DNA of 64,000 nucleotides from Paecilomyces variotii (Eukaryota): NCBI GenBank assembly GCA_004022145.1, contig RCNU01000006.1; one strand, 5' to 3'. Shown piece by piece: positions 52,207 to 64,000 of this stretch (position 1 is its first letter; each line of letters starts with the position of its first letter). The notes under the pieces were generated by a model. It saw only the letters and a program-made list of their open reading frames with translations, ran no database searches and was not told where the DNA came from. The position numbers and the translations under genes were made by a program.

Positions 52207-52995
52207 ATGCCAGCGATATACACGGAGACAAAGCGGTTTTCTTATACGAAAAGCCCGAACTATCGCCGTATCCTGAAGGCGCCCGATCGACCAATCGCCA
52301 TCCGCAATGAGTATGTGACCGAGTCGAAGGTATCCCTAATTCTGAGGCCGCTGGGCGACGCTCAATCGCAGACGGCGTACAGAATCGAGGATGAAGATGG
52401 GGTGACTATGTTCACGGTGACCGGTCGCAAGTCCAGCGACCGCTCGTGCCGGGAGTTTCGTGATGCCTCAGGGTTGCCATTGTTCGAGCTTCACCGAAAG
52501 ATGTCCTTTAAGAATGTTTGGTCCGTGACGCTGCCCGGAAGTAGTATCTCCAAGATCGCTACCGGTGCCCCGCGACTGATCTTCAGCCGTGGCGGCTCGG
52601 CTTACGGAAGCTTCAATATCACGTTCAAGAACGTAGCTGCCATGGAATCGAAGCCGGATGAAGAGAAGAGGCTCACATTGAACATCGAAAGGCATGGCAA
52701 CGCCCTAGCGCTGTTCGATGTGGTGGATGGGGACCGGAAAGTGGCGGAAGTGCGCGAGAGTCTCGCCCATAATAAGAAACTGGCCCTCTTCCCGGAATCG
52801 CGGCGCGGTTATCGCCCGGTTCTTGAAGTGATGGTCACTCCTGGTGTGGACTTGTCCTTGGTAAGAGTTTCCAGCTAGTTAACTAGTTAACGATTTCTGT
52901 TATTGTTGCAAGCGTTTACACAGAAACTAACCCGACCCTAGATTGTTGCAATTGCTGTTATGGCGTCGGACTGGGTTTTCAGCGCGAACTATTAA
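52207..52995 (+). CDS. LURP-one-related / Tubby-C-like protein
   Basis: YRIEDEDG..FTVTG, REFRDASGLPLFELHRK, VTPGVDLSL|IVAIAV across intron 52861-52941. Confidence 0.8.
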
Positions 52996-54377
52996 ATCAT
53001 CTCTTCAGCCTTCTCTTTATGGATCGACTTCTCGCTTCAACAGCCGTTCACAAAAAATGGTGTTCGAAGGTGCTGGGCACGAGCCGCAGGCATGAACCAG
53101 CGGCACGGAGTTATGAATGAATGACACGAAGCGAGGCATCCAACGAACGGATCTTCTGTTTTGAGCGTGTTTGCCGGATGTTTGGGATGCTTTTTTCTTT
53201 TTCAAAAATAACGTCGTCCTTTTCCGAGCGTTATTCCTCTGATGTGTCGGTCTTAATTGCGCAGGCGCTAATTTCCTCTCAACTAAGTATCTTTATGGCC
53301 AGGAAGACTGAATGTACCACGATCTTAGATATCGTCCTCACTGATTCAATAATCCCACAAGATATGACTATCCTGGGACCGTTAAGCGTGTCAAGTCGGT
53401 GCGTTGTGCTTTTAGTAGATGCCATTTCAGGAAAGAAGTCTTGAACATAAGCCTCTTGGTCCATCTTTTGATATTCCTGTTACCCAAGAGCCATTCGAGA
53501 ACTGGCGATAAGGCAATTTCGAAGCGACGGACGTCCACCAACGTTATAGATCTCAAAGGCACCGCGCAGCTTCTTGATCCACACCTGACGGATTAGCTAC
53601 CGTGGGAACACATATAATCATTCACTTTCAACCTGAGTCGATTTCATGCTTGGAGTGGTTGCCCTATGGTGGAGATCGACACATCTATATCAGCAGATAT
53701 GATGACAGCTTGATAGTCCCAGTGTGAAACCTAACTAAGGAGTCATAACGTTGATCGCATCGATCCTAGGAAGACAGGCTAGCATAAGTCATTCAGTAAT
53801 AGCTTTTCTTTCTTCTCACATGGGGTGGACTGGCACCTGATCAAGGAGGGTCCGTATCCTATGCGCATTATATTTTAGCTCGTAAAATGTAGGCCAGACA
53901 TGGCGCTCTGGGCTGATACTGCCCTGAGAGAAGGGGTTGAACTGTGATCCTTTGCATTGAAAAGAGATGCATAGTGGTATGTCCTATTCTTGCACGTATA
54001 TGGGCGTGTCCGGGGCCCGGTTTTTATATGCTCTATTTGAATCTGAGGCCAGCCTTCGAACTCTGGAGTTGACGTGGTCCTGCACATGACTTGCAGCTGT
54101 GGGAGAAAAGAAGGCGTAGATAATTATCTCAATCCTTTCTGTCAGCTTCTTGCTTAGACCCTGAGCTAGAGAAGAATGAAGGGCATAGTATCGACAGGTG
54201 ATTCAATAATTGCTCAGAAGAAGAAGAAGAAGAGGAAGGGAAAATTCATTTCTACACTATGAGGTATTCTGCCAAGGAGACCCAAGAAAAAGGAAGAAAA
54301 AAAGCAACGAAAACAATGACAAATAGTGTAGTCGCTTCTGCTGTCCTTCTGCCGTTCTAGCAGAGATGGAGATTATA

Positions 54378-54642
54378 ACCTTGCAGGACGCCTTTAGTGA
54401 GGTTAACATCGACGTCGACTCTCATGGCCGTTTTGCCTGTCGATCAACAGTGAAGACGGAATACACGACAGATTCGCAGTCTATGGTAATCTCGCTCTTT
54501 GTATGGTTATGTTGGTGATGAACCGCCGTTCGTGACGAGGGTGTGAGTGACATAAACGCCAAGAACCTAAAACGAGGACCTTGGGGGTTGAGGACGGCTG
54601 CGGCACTGTCTGCCACTTGATTGAGAACACAGCGAGAGGGAA

Positions 54643-54673
<31 letters not shown>

Positions 54674-55189
54674 CAGAGGTATGGGGAAAATCCATCCCCA
54701 CGTGGAATTTAAGCGTAGAGGAGAATTAGCATCACGCTGGTCCGATCTGGAATGCTGGATCGATCGTCGCCACGCGAGATCGAGTGTTTAAGTCTTTGAG
54801 TGTTGACTCGTCGAAATGGTCGAGGATAGGAAATGCTGAGGTAAGCGCGGGAGCGAACAAGTTCAACAAACGGGCCAATGAAACACGCGGGAAATGCGCT
54901 TGCGGAGAGCCCGACGGCGCCTTCCTTTCCTGGGTCGGACTCAAGCTTTCTCAGCCTCCAAGGTCCTCAAAAGTAAACTGTACCTGTTCTTCCCCTCCCT
55001 CGCACGGCTTTTTTTCTTCTTACGCCATGACTTCCTTTCCCTCGTCCAGCGTCTGCCATCCAATGCGGATTGTCTTCTTCTTGGCCATTGCAGTCTTCCT
55101 CTCAGATTGGCCCTGACTACCCATTGTCTTGGACTTGGCTGCTTGGCTGCTTGGCGTGGGATAAAAACACTGTCTGCTTCTCCCAAGGT
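54378..55189. promoter_or_regulatory. Four CAAGGT/ACCTTG zinc-response (ZafA/Zap1-type) cores
   Basis: ACCTTG at 54378 and 54578, CAAGGT at 54959 and 55184, all upstream of a ZIP transporter. Confidence 0.7.
54643..54667. repeat. (AG)n microsatellite
   Basis: About 12 AG units. Confidence 0.9.
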
Positions 55190-55346
55190 CCCCAGAGTAT
55201 CGATCTTAAAAAGGATCCGACTTGTCTGCGGCTCCTTCATCTATCCAATCGTGCGCCTGCAGCGAGACTACAGGGAAAGACTATCGATTCAGGCACTGGC
55301 AAATCGAGCTTGAGCTAGACTGCAGCCCTAAGATCAGCCAACGATC

Positions 55347-56426
55347 ATGGATATGAGCCTCATCAGCACCCTGATCGCTCGCGACGGCGACCAGGCTGTC
55401 CCACAATGTGACACGGGCAACGAATACGATGGCCGCATGGGTCTGCGGATATCATCCATCTTCGTCATCATGGTCGGATCGATGTTTGGTGCAGTCTTCC
55501 CGGTCCTTGCACGGAACTTGGGTGGCTCAGGCATTCCCGGATGGGTCTTTTTCATTGCAAAGTATTTTGGCTCCGGGGTCATCGTCGCAACGGCCTTCAT
55601 TCATCTACTAGCGCCGGCGGAAGAGGCGTTGACAAACGAGTGTCTGACTGGCCCGATCACAGAATACAGCTGGGTGGAGGGAATCATTCTCATGACAATC
55701 GTTGTCCTATTCTTCGTCGAATTGATGGTGATGCGCTATGGTAATTTTGGTCACGGCCATGCTCACGAGCATGACGATGATCAACCCCGCCAGGATCTGG
55801 AAGCCGCAAGTGAGCCTCATCTGAGTGTGGTGAATGACCCCAAAGGCAATGTACCGGGTGAGGATCACTTGAGCCATTCGCGGGAGCACCACGATGCAGA
55901 GATGAACGAGAAGGGTCCGACTGCATTGGAAGACTATGTGGCGCAAATGACCGCCATCTTCATCCTGGAGTTCGGTATCATCTTCCATTCGGTATTCATT
56001 GGCCTGACGCTGGCTGTCTCGGGCGAAGAATTCACGACACTGTACATCGTCCTGGTCTTTCACCAGACTTTCGAGGGTCTGGGTCTGGGTTCCCGCCTCG
56101 CAACGATCCCTTGGCCGAAGTCGAAGAGATTTACCCCGTACATCATGGGTATCGCGTTCGGCTTGACAACCCCCATCGCCATTGCCGTTGGCCTGGGCGT
56201 GCGCAACGCTTATCCACCAGAGGGCCGCACGACCCTGATCGTTAACGGTGTCTTCGATTCCATCTCAGCAGGGATCCTCATCTATACCGCGCTCGTGGAG
56301 CTTATGGCACACGAATTCATGTTCAGCACGGCCATGCGGAAAGCCCCAATCACCACCGTTTTATCCGCGTTCGGTTTGCTCTGCTTGGGTGCATTGCTTA
56401 TGGCGTTGCTCGGAAAATGGGCTTAA
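55347..56426 (+). CDS. zrfB: ZIP-family plasma-membrane zinc transporter (ZrfB/Zrt2-like)
   Basis: KYFGSGVIVATAFIHLL, His-rich loop, LEFGIIFHSVFIG, FHQTFEGLGLG, terminal LGKWA. Confidence 0.9.
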   Translation: MDMSLISTLIARDGDQAVPQCDTGNEYDGRMGLRISSIFVIMVGSMFGAVFPVLARNLGGSGIPGWVFFIAKYFGSGVIVATAFIHLLAPAEEALTNECLTGPITEYSWVEGIILMTIVVLFFVELMVMRYGNFGHGHAHEHDDDQPRQDLEAASEPHLSVVNDPKGNVPGEDHLSHSREHHDAEMNEKGPTALEDYVAQMTAIFILEFGIIFHSVFIGLTLAVSGEEFTTLYIVLVFHQTFEGLGLGSRLATIPWPKSKRFTPYIMGIAFGLTTPIAIAVGLGVRNAYPPEGRTTLIVNGVFDSISAGILIYTALVELMAHEFMFSTAMRKAPITTVLSAFGLLCLGALLMALLGKWA

Positions 56427-56876
56427 AAATATATATCGCATTTAAGGCGTTCTAGGTTATTACAGGATTTGCCGGGTTTGCTACATACAGGTCCGCATCA
56501 TACTGAGACTTTTATGATCATGTTTTGAAACGTCTCGGAAGTTCTACTCTTATGTCGTCCTTTATCTTGATATCCCATCCACAAGCATATAGCCTTCTAT
56601 ATAGACGTGGAGTTTCAGCAATGAATCACAGCAGGCGTTTCTTCTTTCTTCTTCTTTCAAAGTCTTGGAGTAACATATGAGCCTCGAGTGGTGGGGCGTA
56701 CGTACAGGGAGAGTATCCTCGCCTATGGTCACCACGGATATCGCCCAACCCTTACCCCGTAGCTCAGACCATCACGTCTTCGTAAGTGATTCAAACGGTC
56801 TTGCACTTCAGGGAAAGGATTCATAACAAATCTCTATCCACAATCGAACTAAACGTATCATTATCAAATCATATCA

Positions 56877-57210
56877 TCATGCCTTCTCGTTGGCATTGGC
56901 AGGAATCCTCCCACCCCCCTCCGTCACAGCTGGAGGAATCCCCTGATCTGCAATCGCCTTCAAATCATCCTCACCCATCTCCCCATCCCAACCATGCGCG
57001 ACCAAATACGCTCTGAACTGCTCATCGCGATACTTGAGATCCTCACCCGAGATATCCGGCACGAAGAACCACGTCACCAGCACTCCCACCACCCCACAAA
57101 TCGCAGCGATGATAAACGTCCATTTCTTTCCCAGATTATCCTGAATCGGCGTGAACGCCTCCGTACCAATAGCCGCACCAGCCTTCCCCACCGCAGCAGA
57201 AAGACCATAC
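56877..57210 (-). pseudogene. Git1-like MFS transporter, C-terminal fragment
   Basis: YGLSAAVGKAGAAIGTEAFTPIQ...DEQFRAYLVAHGWDGEMG, with no contiguous upstream coding sequence. Confidence 0.8.
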
Positions 57211-57489
57211 TGCACAAGGGGCATGCAAATAGTCTCACCCTTGCGTATATGAGCGGAGGTCGAAGGCTCATTTGGAACTGACTGACGAAGGGAGTTCCAG
57301 AAACCATGGTGGCGAACGGAAAAGAGGATATACCAAAACAGTTATATATATATTGGCGCTCAGCACTCCCAAGACGAGTTCCCCCCCCCCCCCCCCAATC
57401 AGATGATGGGAGCGCACTTAATCACAACATTGTCAAAGTTTAATCCTGAAACCGACATCCAGCAGGGAGATGATGCAAGAACTTTCCAG

Positions 57490-57920
57490 CTACATATATC
57501 CTCCAGATTTTGCCGCGTCAATCATTTTCTTTTTCACATCTTCATCAGTATCGTCCTTCTTCATAGGAAATGCGAAGAGTTTCTTGTCTGGATTTTTTTC
57601 TGCGAATCTTCTGACAGAGGTATTTGAGGCGTTCGCGTTTGCTTGCACGTTGACCGAGAAGGTGTTTGTATACTCAAGGTGTTAGGGTCATTTATATACA
57701 GAGACCCTTAGTCGGCTCGAAAATTGGATGCTGCATCGTTTTCAGTATTTCTCGACGGAAAGAGCCTTCCTCCAGCATTTTCGGCGGAGAGTTTCGATTT
57801 TGCTTTAGGTATGTTGAAATTCTGAATGAATTTCTCTAACACCTGTTTCGGAATCGACGTGATATTGGAATGGACTTCCTGTAAGGTTTAGGGCCGACGT
57901 CTATTGGTTTGTAGACTTAC
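57490..57920 (-). other. Small unannotated coding segment downstream of the kinase (possibly degenerate)
   Basis: GTAAGT..CAG intron 57920-57879; segment EVHSNITSIPKQVLEKF...RLFPSR...FRAD*; 60-aa segment YTNTFSVNVQANANASNTSVRRFAEKNPDKKLF...GGYM* (57672-57490). Confidence 0.45.
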
Positions 57921-58121
57921 TGTTTTGGGGTTTGACAATCAGATAGCAACAGGACCTGACTACAACAGTCCTAAAGTGCCACGGGAGACGCCTTTCCAGT
58001 AAGCCTGACTGAAAATTGCCTACATCACCTGATAGAAGCAGGATACGGTGCGGGGTAACGTGCATGACCAGTGTCCAGCATGAAGAGGACAATGAAACTG
58101 ATGCACTTCAGGAAACGCCCT

Positions 58122-59920
58122 CTAGATATCCATCAGATTACCCGATAGGCTGGCAGGCCCCGACTCCGACAGTTTCCAAGCTCTTAGTGCGTCTTTTACG
58201 CCATCCTTGTCATCCGCGGCGTCTATGATCGAACTCACTAGATTACGCATTGTTTCCACCTTTTCCTCGAAGTCTTCAAGATGAACCCAGCCGTCAATGG
58301 GGACTCCAAGGGTACCGAATAGCTCCCTGCGATCTTCCCAGCTCTTCCCTTCGGCAACATGAGACGCAAGCTCATCGGTGTCGAATGTCACAGGACAAGA
58401 GGACTGGGGCTGGCCAGTTAATTCCATCCATTCGCGCAATGTCCGAAGCATCATCTCTCGAAACAAAAACAATCCATCGTCATCCCATGTGTATCCTGAA
58501 AAATCGATGAGCTGCTGTCGCGTTAAAGCTTGAGGAAACGACAGAGCAGAGAAGACGTCATTGTCAATTTCGCAGAATTTGGAAATATAGAGCCTCTGTA
58601 GTTGTGTAAGATGGTATCTCCGTAGATTTTCCTCTTTTTCTTGTGGCGTGAGGCCCGTGGCTGATGGAAGGTCGAAAAGCAAGGGCCCATGAATTTTCAG
58701 GAATTTCGGTATCCTGCTGGCATGAAAAACGGGAAGACTTGAGCAGCCTTGCCAATCAATGATGCTGACAATCTGATTTTCCTTTACAAATATATTCCCA
58801 AAGTGTAAATCAGAGTGCCAAAGTACAGACCGATTTTGACCTGGATGTGATGGTATCAAATGAGGCACAACTTTCAGATACTTGTCGAGGAGTTTAATGT
58901 GACAATCGGGAGACTCTTGGCTATCTGACTGTCTCAACGGGTCTGCCGGATGACGAGGATTTGCAAACCGGGCAATCCATTCTTTCTCTCGCCTGGCGAT
59001 ATCTATCGCATACGCCTCAGACGACGACCCTAATTTTGCTCGGTCACTCATTAGTTGGATCCCTGAAATTATGGTTAGGTGGTTGGTCGGCTTACAAGGG
59101 CCCCTAAACGCGCTCATGAATCTCCTCTCCTCTTCCCAAAATCGTATATCACAGCTGGGGCCGATGCAAAACTGATCAGCTATTCCAGGGACATTAATGC
59201 CACCCTCAATATCCTCTCTATAGAACAAGCTTCCATAATGACCGAAGTCGACAGCGGCTATTTTGGCTTGAATATTGGCCAACTGAGACACAATGTCCAC
59301 CTTATCCGATATATCCATAGTGGACCAACTTTTGCTTAACTCATTGCCAGCAGCTTTTTCCATGATGATATATTCGACTCCCACAGGCTGGTCTTCCTTG
59401 CTGCTCCAAGCAAAGACTCGCGGGACAGGTATACCTAGCTCGTTACGAAGAAAGTCAAGCGTGGCAACTTCGCTGGCTGTAACGAATTTTTGAGGGATGT
59501 AAGGGTTGGGAATTTTCGCAATGACCTGGACGCCATTATCCATTGTCAATAGAAAGGTTTTGTTGTATGAGCCTTCCGGTAATTTCGTTATTTCGACGCA
59601 GAATTCCGCATTGACTGATCTGGCGGCTGTTTGTTTGAGTTCTTCGACATTGAAGGGCTGGTACCGTTTACGAAGCTGAGCTGCCTCGTCCCATAGCCAG
59701 CGTCCAGAGGTATAAGAAAAGAGAGTGTCGAGTCTATCTTGATCTGAGTGGATTGTAACTTGAGAAAACAAACTCAGTAAAAACCAACCGAGTTTATCTT
59801 GACGAACTTACCGGGATGGGGAGGTTTGGAGGTTCTCGAGGGGGAAGCGGAAAGGAGCATGCGATGAAATCGGGGTAGTGTCGCCCTTGTAACTCTTCTC
59901 AGAGTTTTCAGAGGCGCCAT
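58122..59920 (-). CDS. APH/AIM9-like protein-kinase-fold phosphotransferase with a putative mitochondrial presequence
   Basis: Exon 1 (59920-59812) MAPLKTLRRVTRATLPRFHRMLLSAS splices in frame; YTSGRWLWDE, EGSYNK, SEVATL, HSDLHFGNIFV, IIDWQ; one further in-frame intron near 59040-59100. Confidence 0.85.
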
Positions 59921-60444
59921 GGAAAAGGCTCGAATAATCTATGATGATGTTATATTAGTGTATTGTTGAGTATGTGGTGACTGCCTCAATAATCACCCTG
60001 CACGTGAAGGACTGCTGAGACCTCCCCCAGCCACACCGTTGCTTACAAACCGGCACCAGCCACATGCCCGTTCACCTGGTTTTGCGACTGGAACAAAGGT
60101 CCACCAAAGTGGGGGATTACTGTAAGGCACTTGAGGTAGAAAAGTTGTCGGAGAAAATGGCATCTCATCAGCAGAAAGTTAGATTCATCAGTAGGTAGGC
60201 TTCTCACTACTATGGTTGGGAAGTTCAACCAACATCTGACGCTAGGCGAAGTTTGTCAGCCTTGGAGGTTAACTAGTTAAAGCATCTGGGGTTGTGCTTG
60301 GACTGCGGAACACCTGTTCCACACTGGAAACACCTCTGGGCTAAAATTTAAAGCAATAACTACTGATTGGTTTACGCTTAGATCTACGGTTGATACCCCG
60401 CTTCAGGGCATTTGTTAGTTAACTCTATAGAGATAAGTCACAGC

Positions 60445-61245
60445 CTAGGTAGTTTTCCAGTAATACCTACCTAGGTATTTAATAACGAGACTATAAGGAA
60501 CATGTTTACGAATAGCTCCTCTCCGATACAGAACTGAATCCAGCATGCGGATTCGAAAGTAGAACACGCTCAGGGGCCAGATGCAGCCAATTCCAAAGCA
60601 TACTCGCCAGACGGTGCTGAAATGCGACTGACGACATGCGGAGAGAACGATGAGGAAGACGCACACCGCAAAGGGACTACCGAATGAGAGCGGGAAGTTG
60701 GTTACCATGATGAAAGTAGGTCCTCTCCTCTTCAGGCTGAGTTCGTTGGCTGCTTCGGATGCGGACGTCGATGAGGCGGGATATTCGCCTCCGGTGCCTT
60801 TTGCATTTTGATGATAATACGTGTTAGTTGTTGTACAGTAAGTATATTTGTGATTAGAGTAGTAATTCTCGGGAATGGAATGGATTGTATCGTACCGAAT
60901 CCGATAATTCCACGCGCGATCGTCATCATCCAGAACATGCCATTGATAGTGACTCCGTGAGCTGCAGTGGCCAGGATACCTCCGATCACGATCATTGCGG
61001 TTGTGAAGATGATAGCTGTCTTTCGACTCATGTAGTCACAGGTAAGACTGTTCGGTAGAAATGCCTCAGTTAGCAGGCTTTTCTTTTCTTCATGCAATAT
61101 AATAATGTATAGAAAGTTGACGATGGACCTAATGATAACCTGCCCGATAATCTCGCCCACCAGCAGTGCATTGGAAACGCGGGTGCTGACTGCGGATGTA
61201 TATTCCTTTGGATATTCCTTTTTGAGCAAGACATTTGACATAGTC
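60445..61245 (-). pseudogene. Git1-like MFS transporter, N-terminal-half fragment
   Basis: VSTRVSNALLVGEIIGQ, GGEYPASSTSASEAANE, VTNFPLSFG, VWRVCFGIG. Breaks off after YYWKT; no first exon found. Confidence 0.8.
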
Positions 61246-62202
61246 CTATTTTATTTTTTATTAGAAAATGCATAATTATTATTAGTAGAAGCAAGATATC
61301 ATGAGGATGACGAACATCAAGGGCAAACCCCGATGCGAACTGTTATGGGAACATACAGTCCGTCAGCTTAACCCGTTTCAATTGCAACGATTCGCATGTT
61401 GGGATATTATAGAGCAAACTTACGATTGTAAAGTGATCCGACAAGCGGGCTGTATTCGCGCACCTGCTCCCCGAGTTACCTATTCGGGTAACCAAACAGG
61501 TACGTTTACCAGTCCCTATTTTTTTTTCACCCAGCAATCAATCCGCTACGATGGACAATATCAGATTGAACAATGAGATTGATATAATTATAGTTTTCAC
61601 TATCGACTCCTGTGCTGGCGTCTCGTTTGTTTACCCACGTGCTGCTATAGCACACCGTGCTTGGCGATGGCTTGCCAAGCGGAGCCTACGTCGCTTATCT
61701 GAATGACCACCATCACCGGCTAGATCTTAGCGGACATCTAGAAGAGTCGTGGACCGAGAACATTTATTACTCTTTCTTCCATCGTATCAGTCTTTGAAGT
61801 TCTAGACGGCGGGCAGTTCCGACAGGTACTGGAAAAGTCGGGTCAATCTTGCCACGACCGGGTCGCTTCTCCAACACAGCTTGTGGTTAGTTAGTTATGC
61901 TTTCAGTTCTGCGATAGCTCTTGGAACTGATGGTATTCGACGTGATTACGGTTGCCATTTCTGACGCGTCTGCTATTTCTCGACTGCTGACAGAAAAAGT
62001 ACTACAAAATTCCTAGAGAGAAATTATGAGACCATTGGAATATCAGCTTTTTCGATCTTTTCACATCATGGCATTTCGTGTGCTTAAGATATCCAAATGC
62101 TGTCTAATATATAGGGGTTCCAGTTTCCGTGAGAAGAGGCATCGATATGAAGCATACACTCGAATTTGAGCCCGATAACGCCACCAAGAGGTTCCATCTC
62201 TA

Positions 62203-63379
62203 TCATGTTTTCGTGCCGTCCAACAGCGCCACTATACACGTGCTATTGTCGCTGCCATAACGAGCCGCCGTTACGTTGACAATTTCTTGCGCAATATCCC
62301 TCGCTCGCTCGCCGGTTGAAGATGATCTCATAACATGCTCTAGCAGTGCCTTCTCATCTGTCGAGTCGGATACTCCATCACTGCTGCACACCAACGCGTA
62401 GCGTTTCTCGGGGGAGAGATTGACCCTCGAAAGATGTGCCTTGTTGGATAGAAAGTCGCCACGGTTCCCTGGTGGTACGACGGCAGCAGTTCTTGATTTG
62501 GCACTCATCTCGTCGTCCATGGTGTTCACAGGATTCTTATACTGGAGGTCGCCCAGGGCTCGCGACATATTTAAGGAACCTACGACGATCAGCCAAGAAC
62601 CTCCCTGCGATCGAGTTTGCTGGCAACTTACCCACGCGCGTAGTTCCTGTGCTATTGTTTACGCTCCCTCCGGCTTCTCTGATTCGCGCTTTTTCATCGG
62701 CGTGGCCCGGTTTATGGGCCTTGGTGAGACGTTGCTAGCACCAGAACCGTTAATAAAGCTCATCTCTCAAGCAGATGAATATGGTCCACCTACCACATTG
62801 ATCGGCTTGCCTCCCGAAAGATCTCGTTCCGCTAGCACTATATGCGAGTCCCCTAGGTTTCCTACTACCAATATCCCCTTTGTTAAATTGGCAAAGCACA
62901 GAGCTACCGTAGATCCTGAGACGGCAGGCTCTGTACTATGCGACATAAACTTGTTTAGCAGAGCTTCATCCTCGTCAACAAATGCCTCGGCGATAGCGGT
63001 ATCGTAATCACCAGCTTCGAATTCTGGACGCTTCACCAGCAGCTGAGGAAGGTTCTTCCTGGCATGTTCTGCCACCGATGCGGAGCCACTGCGATAAAAC
63101 GTCAGATACTGGTCCAAGAACAAACAGCTTCTTGAAAATGGTCCTTACTGTCCGTCAAATATAGCAAAAAGGGCCAATTTATCTACTGTATCAGCAGGGA
63201 ACTGGTCTGGCAGAATAAACACGTAACGATCCTCTTGGTCCGGCCGGCTTCCTTGTGCCTATTGAGCTCCCGATAACTATAAGTTAGCCTCCTCAATCAT
63301 GCGGTACATAGCCAAGGAGAATGGTATTCACCATGCCTGCGCCGGTGTCAATGAGAAAGACCGTCTCTGATGAAGACAT
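62203..63379 (-). CDS. PP2C-family protein phosphatase, multi-exon
   Basis: QGSRPDQED, AIFDG|, GNLGDS, MSRALGD, SDG, DNST motifs. Confidence 0.88.
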
Positions 63380-64000
63380 GATGGTTGTACGAAGCATTTG
63401 GCGGCGCGGAGCTGATTGCGCGCAACACCTGACTCGGTCTAATATAGATTGATTGATCGAATCCAAGTCACTTGGATCTCACGATCTGTATATGTTTGTT
63501 TAGAATGACTAGTGATGATGGGCTGACATCACATCACTTATAATAATTGCCCCAAGCGCCACGCTCGAAACCTTCAGAAAATAAAGGTTCGAACGGCTTA
63601 AACGGCCCGGACGGAGGCCATTTTCTTACAGTCGTCACTGGGTTGTGCCTTACGGAGATTCATCCAAGGAGTAGTAGTTATGGCCGCCGATGTCGTTTAC
63701 ATCACGTACTGGGATCTTGGTATCCCTGCGCGAGATGCAGCGAAGAATTGCATTCGCCTTGAAAAGAGGAAAGGTTAGGACCGTTCCTGGCCTTGCTTGA
63801 ATGTGGGACGGATCAGCCCTGCTTAGTGACGCACCTGGTGAACCGTGAATATCTTGTCCTTCCAACAATGACGATCCATCTTCGAGAAGCAGCTAAACAG
63901 CCTTGTTGCGCACGGTCCAGTTTCCCCGGACCAGCGCGAACACTTCGCTTTCGATCTGTCAGCATGATTCGGGTTTCCCCATAACGCTTCGTAACTCCTA

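Noticed and set aside
53017-53562. Minus-strand protein-like fragments downstream of the LURP-one gene
   Set aside because: Multiple stops and no recognisable family; cannot be supported without a search.

Overview
Intron-containing filamentous-ascomycete DNA; the 5S rRNA, gene families and GT..CTRAY..AG introns suggest Eurotiales (Aspergillus/Paecilomyces-like). Conserved genes: oxysterol-binding protein, LsdA/Rds1 ferritin-like secreted proteins, Hos2-type HDAC, dimethylmalate-lyase-like enzyme, Met-tRNA synthetase, Asp f4-like protein, metaxin/Sam37, LURP-one, ZIP zinc transporter, PP2C. RNA genes: tRNA-Cys and 5S rRNA. Accessory or decaying stretches lie at about 33-45 kb and 56.9-61.3 kb. 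Best leads: (1) a Pol III-type tRNA-like gene (40421-40517, minus) whose anticodon arm holds two perfect tetraloop hairpins (GAAA, C-UUCG-G), sitting between RIP-diverged direct repeats; (2) an unannotated 28-codon proline-rich micropeptide ORF (30722-30808) alone in a ~7 kb gene desert; (3) a ~3.2 kb cassette with an APH/AIM9-like kinase plus a small partner ORF that replaces the middle of a Git1-type transporter gene; (4) a window-wide signature of short TTAA/CTAG palindromic micro-insertions, two of them inside gene relics. All calls were made by eye from motifs; no database searches were run.
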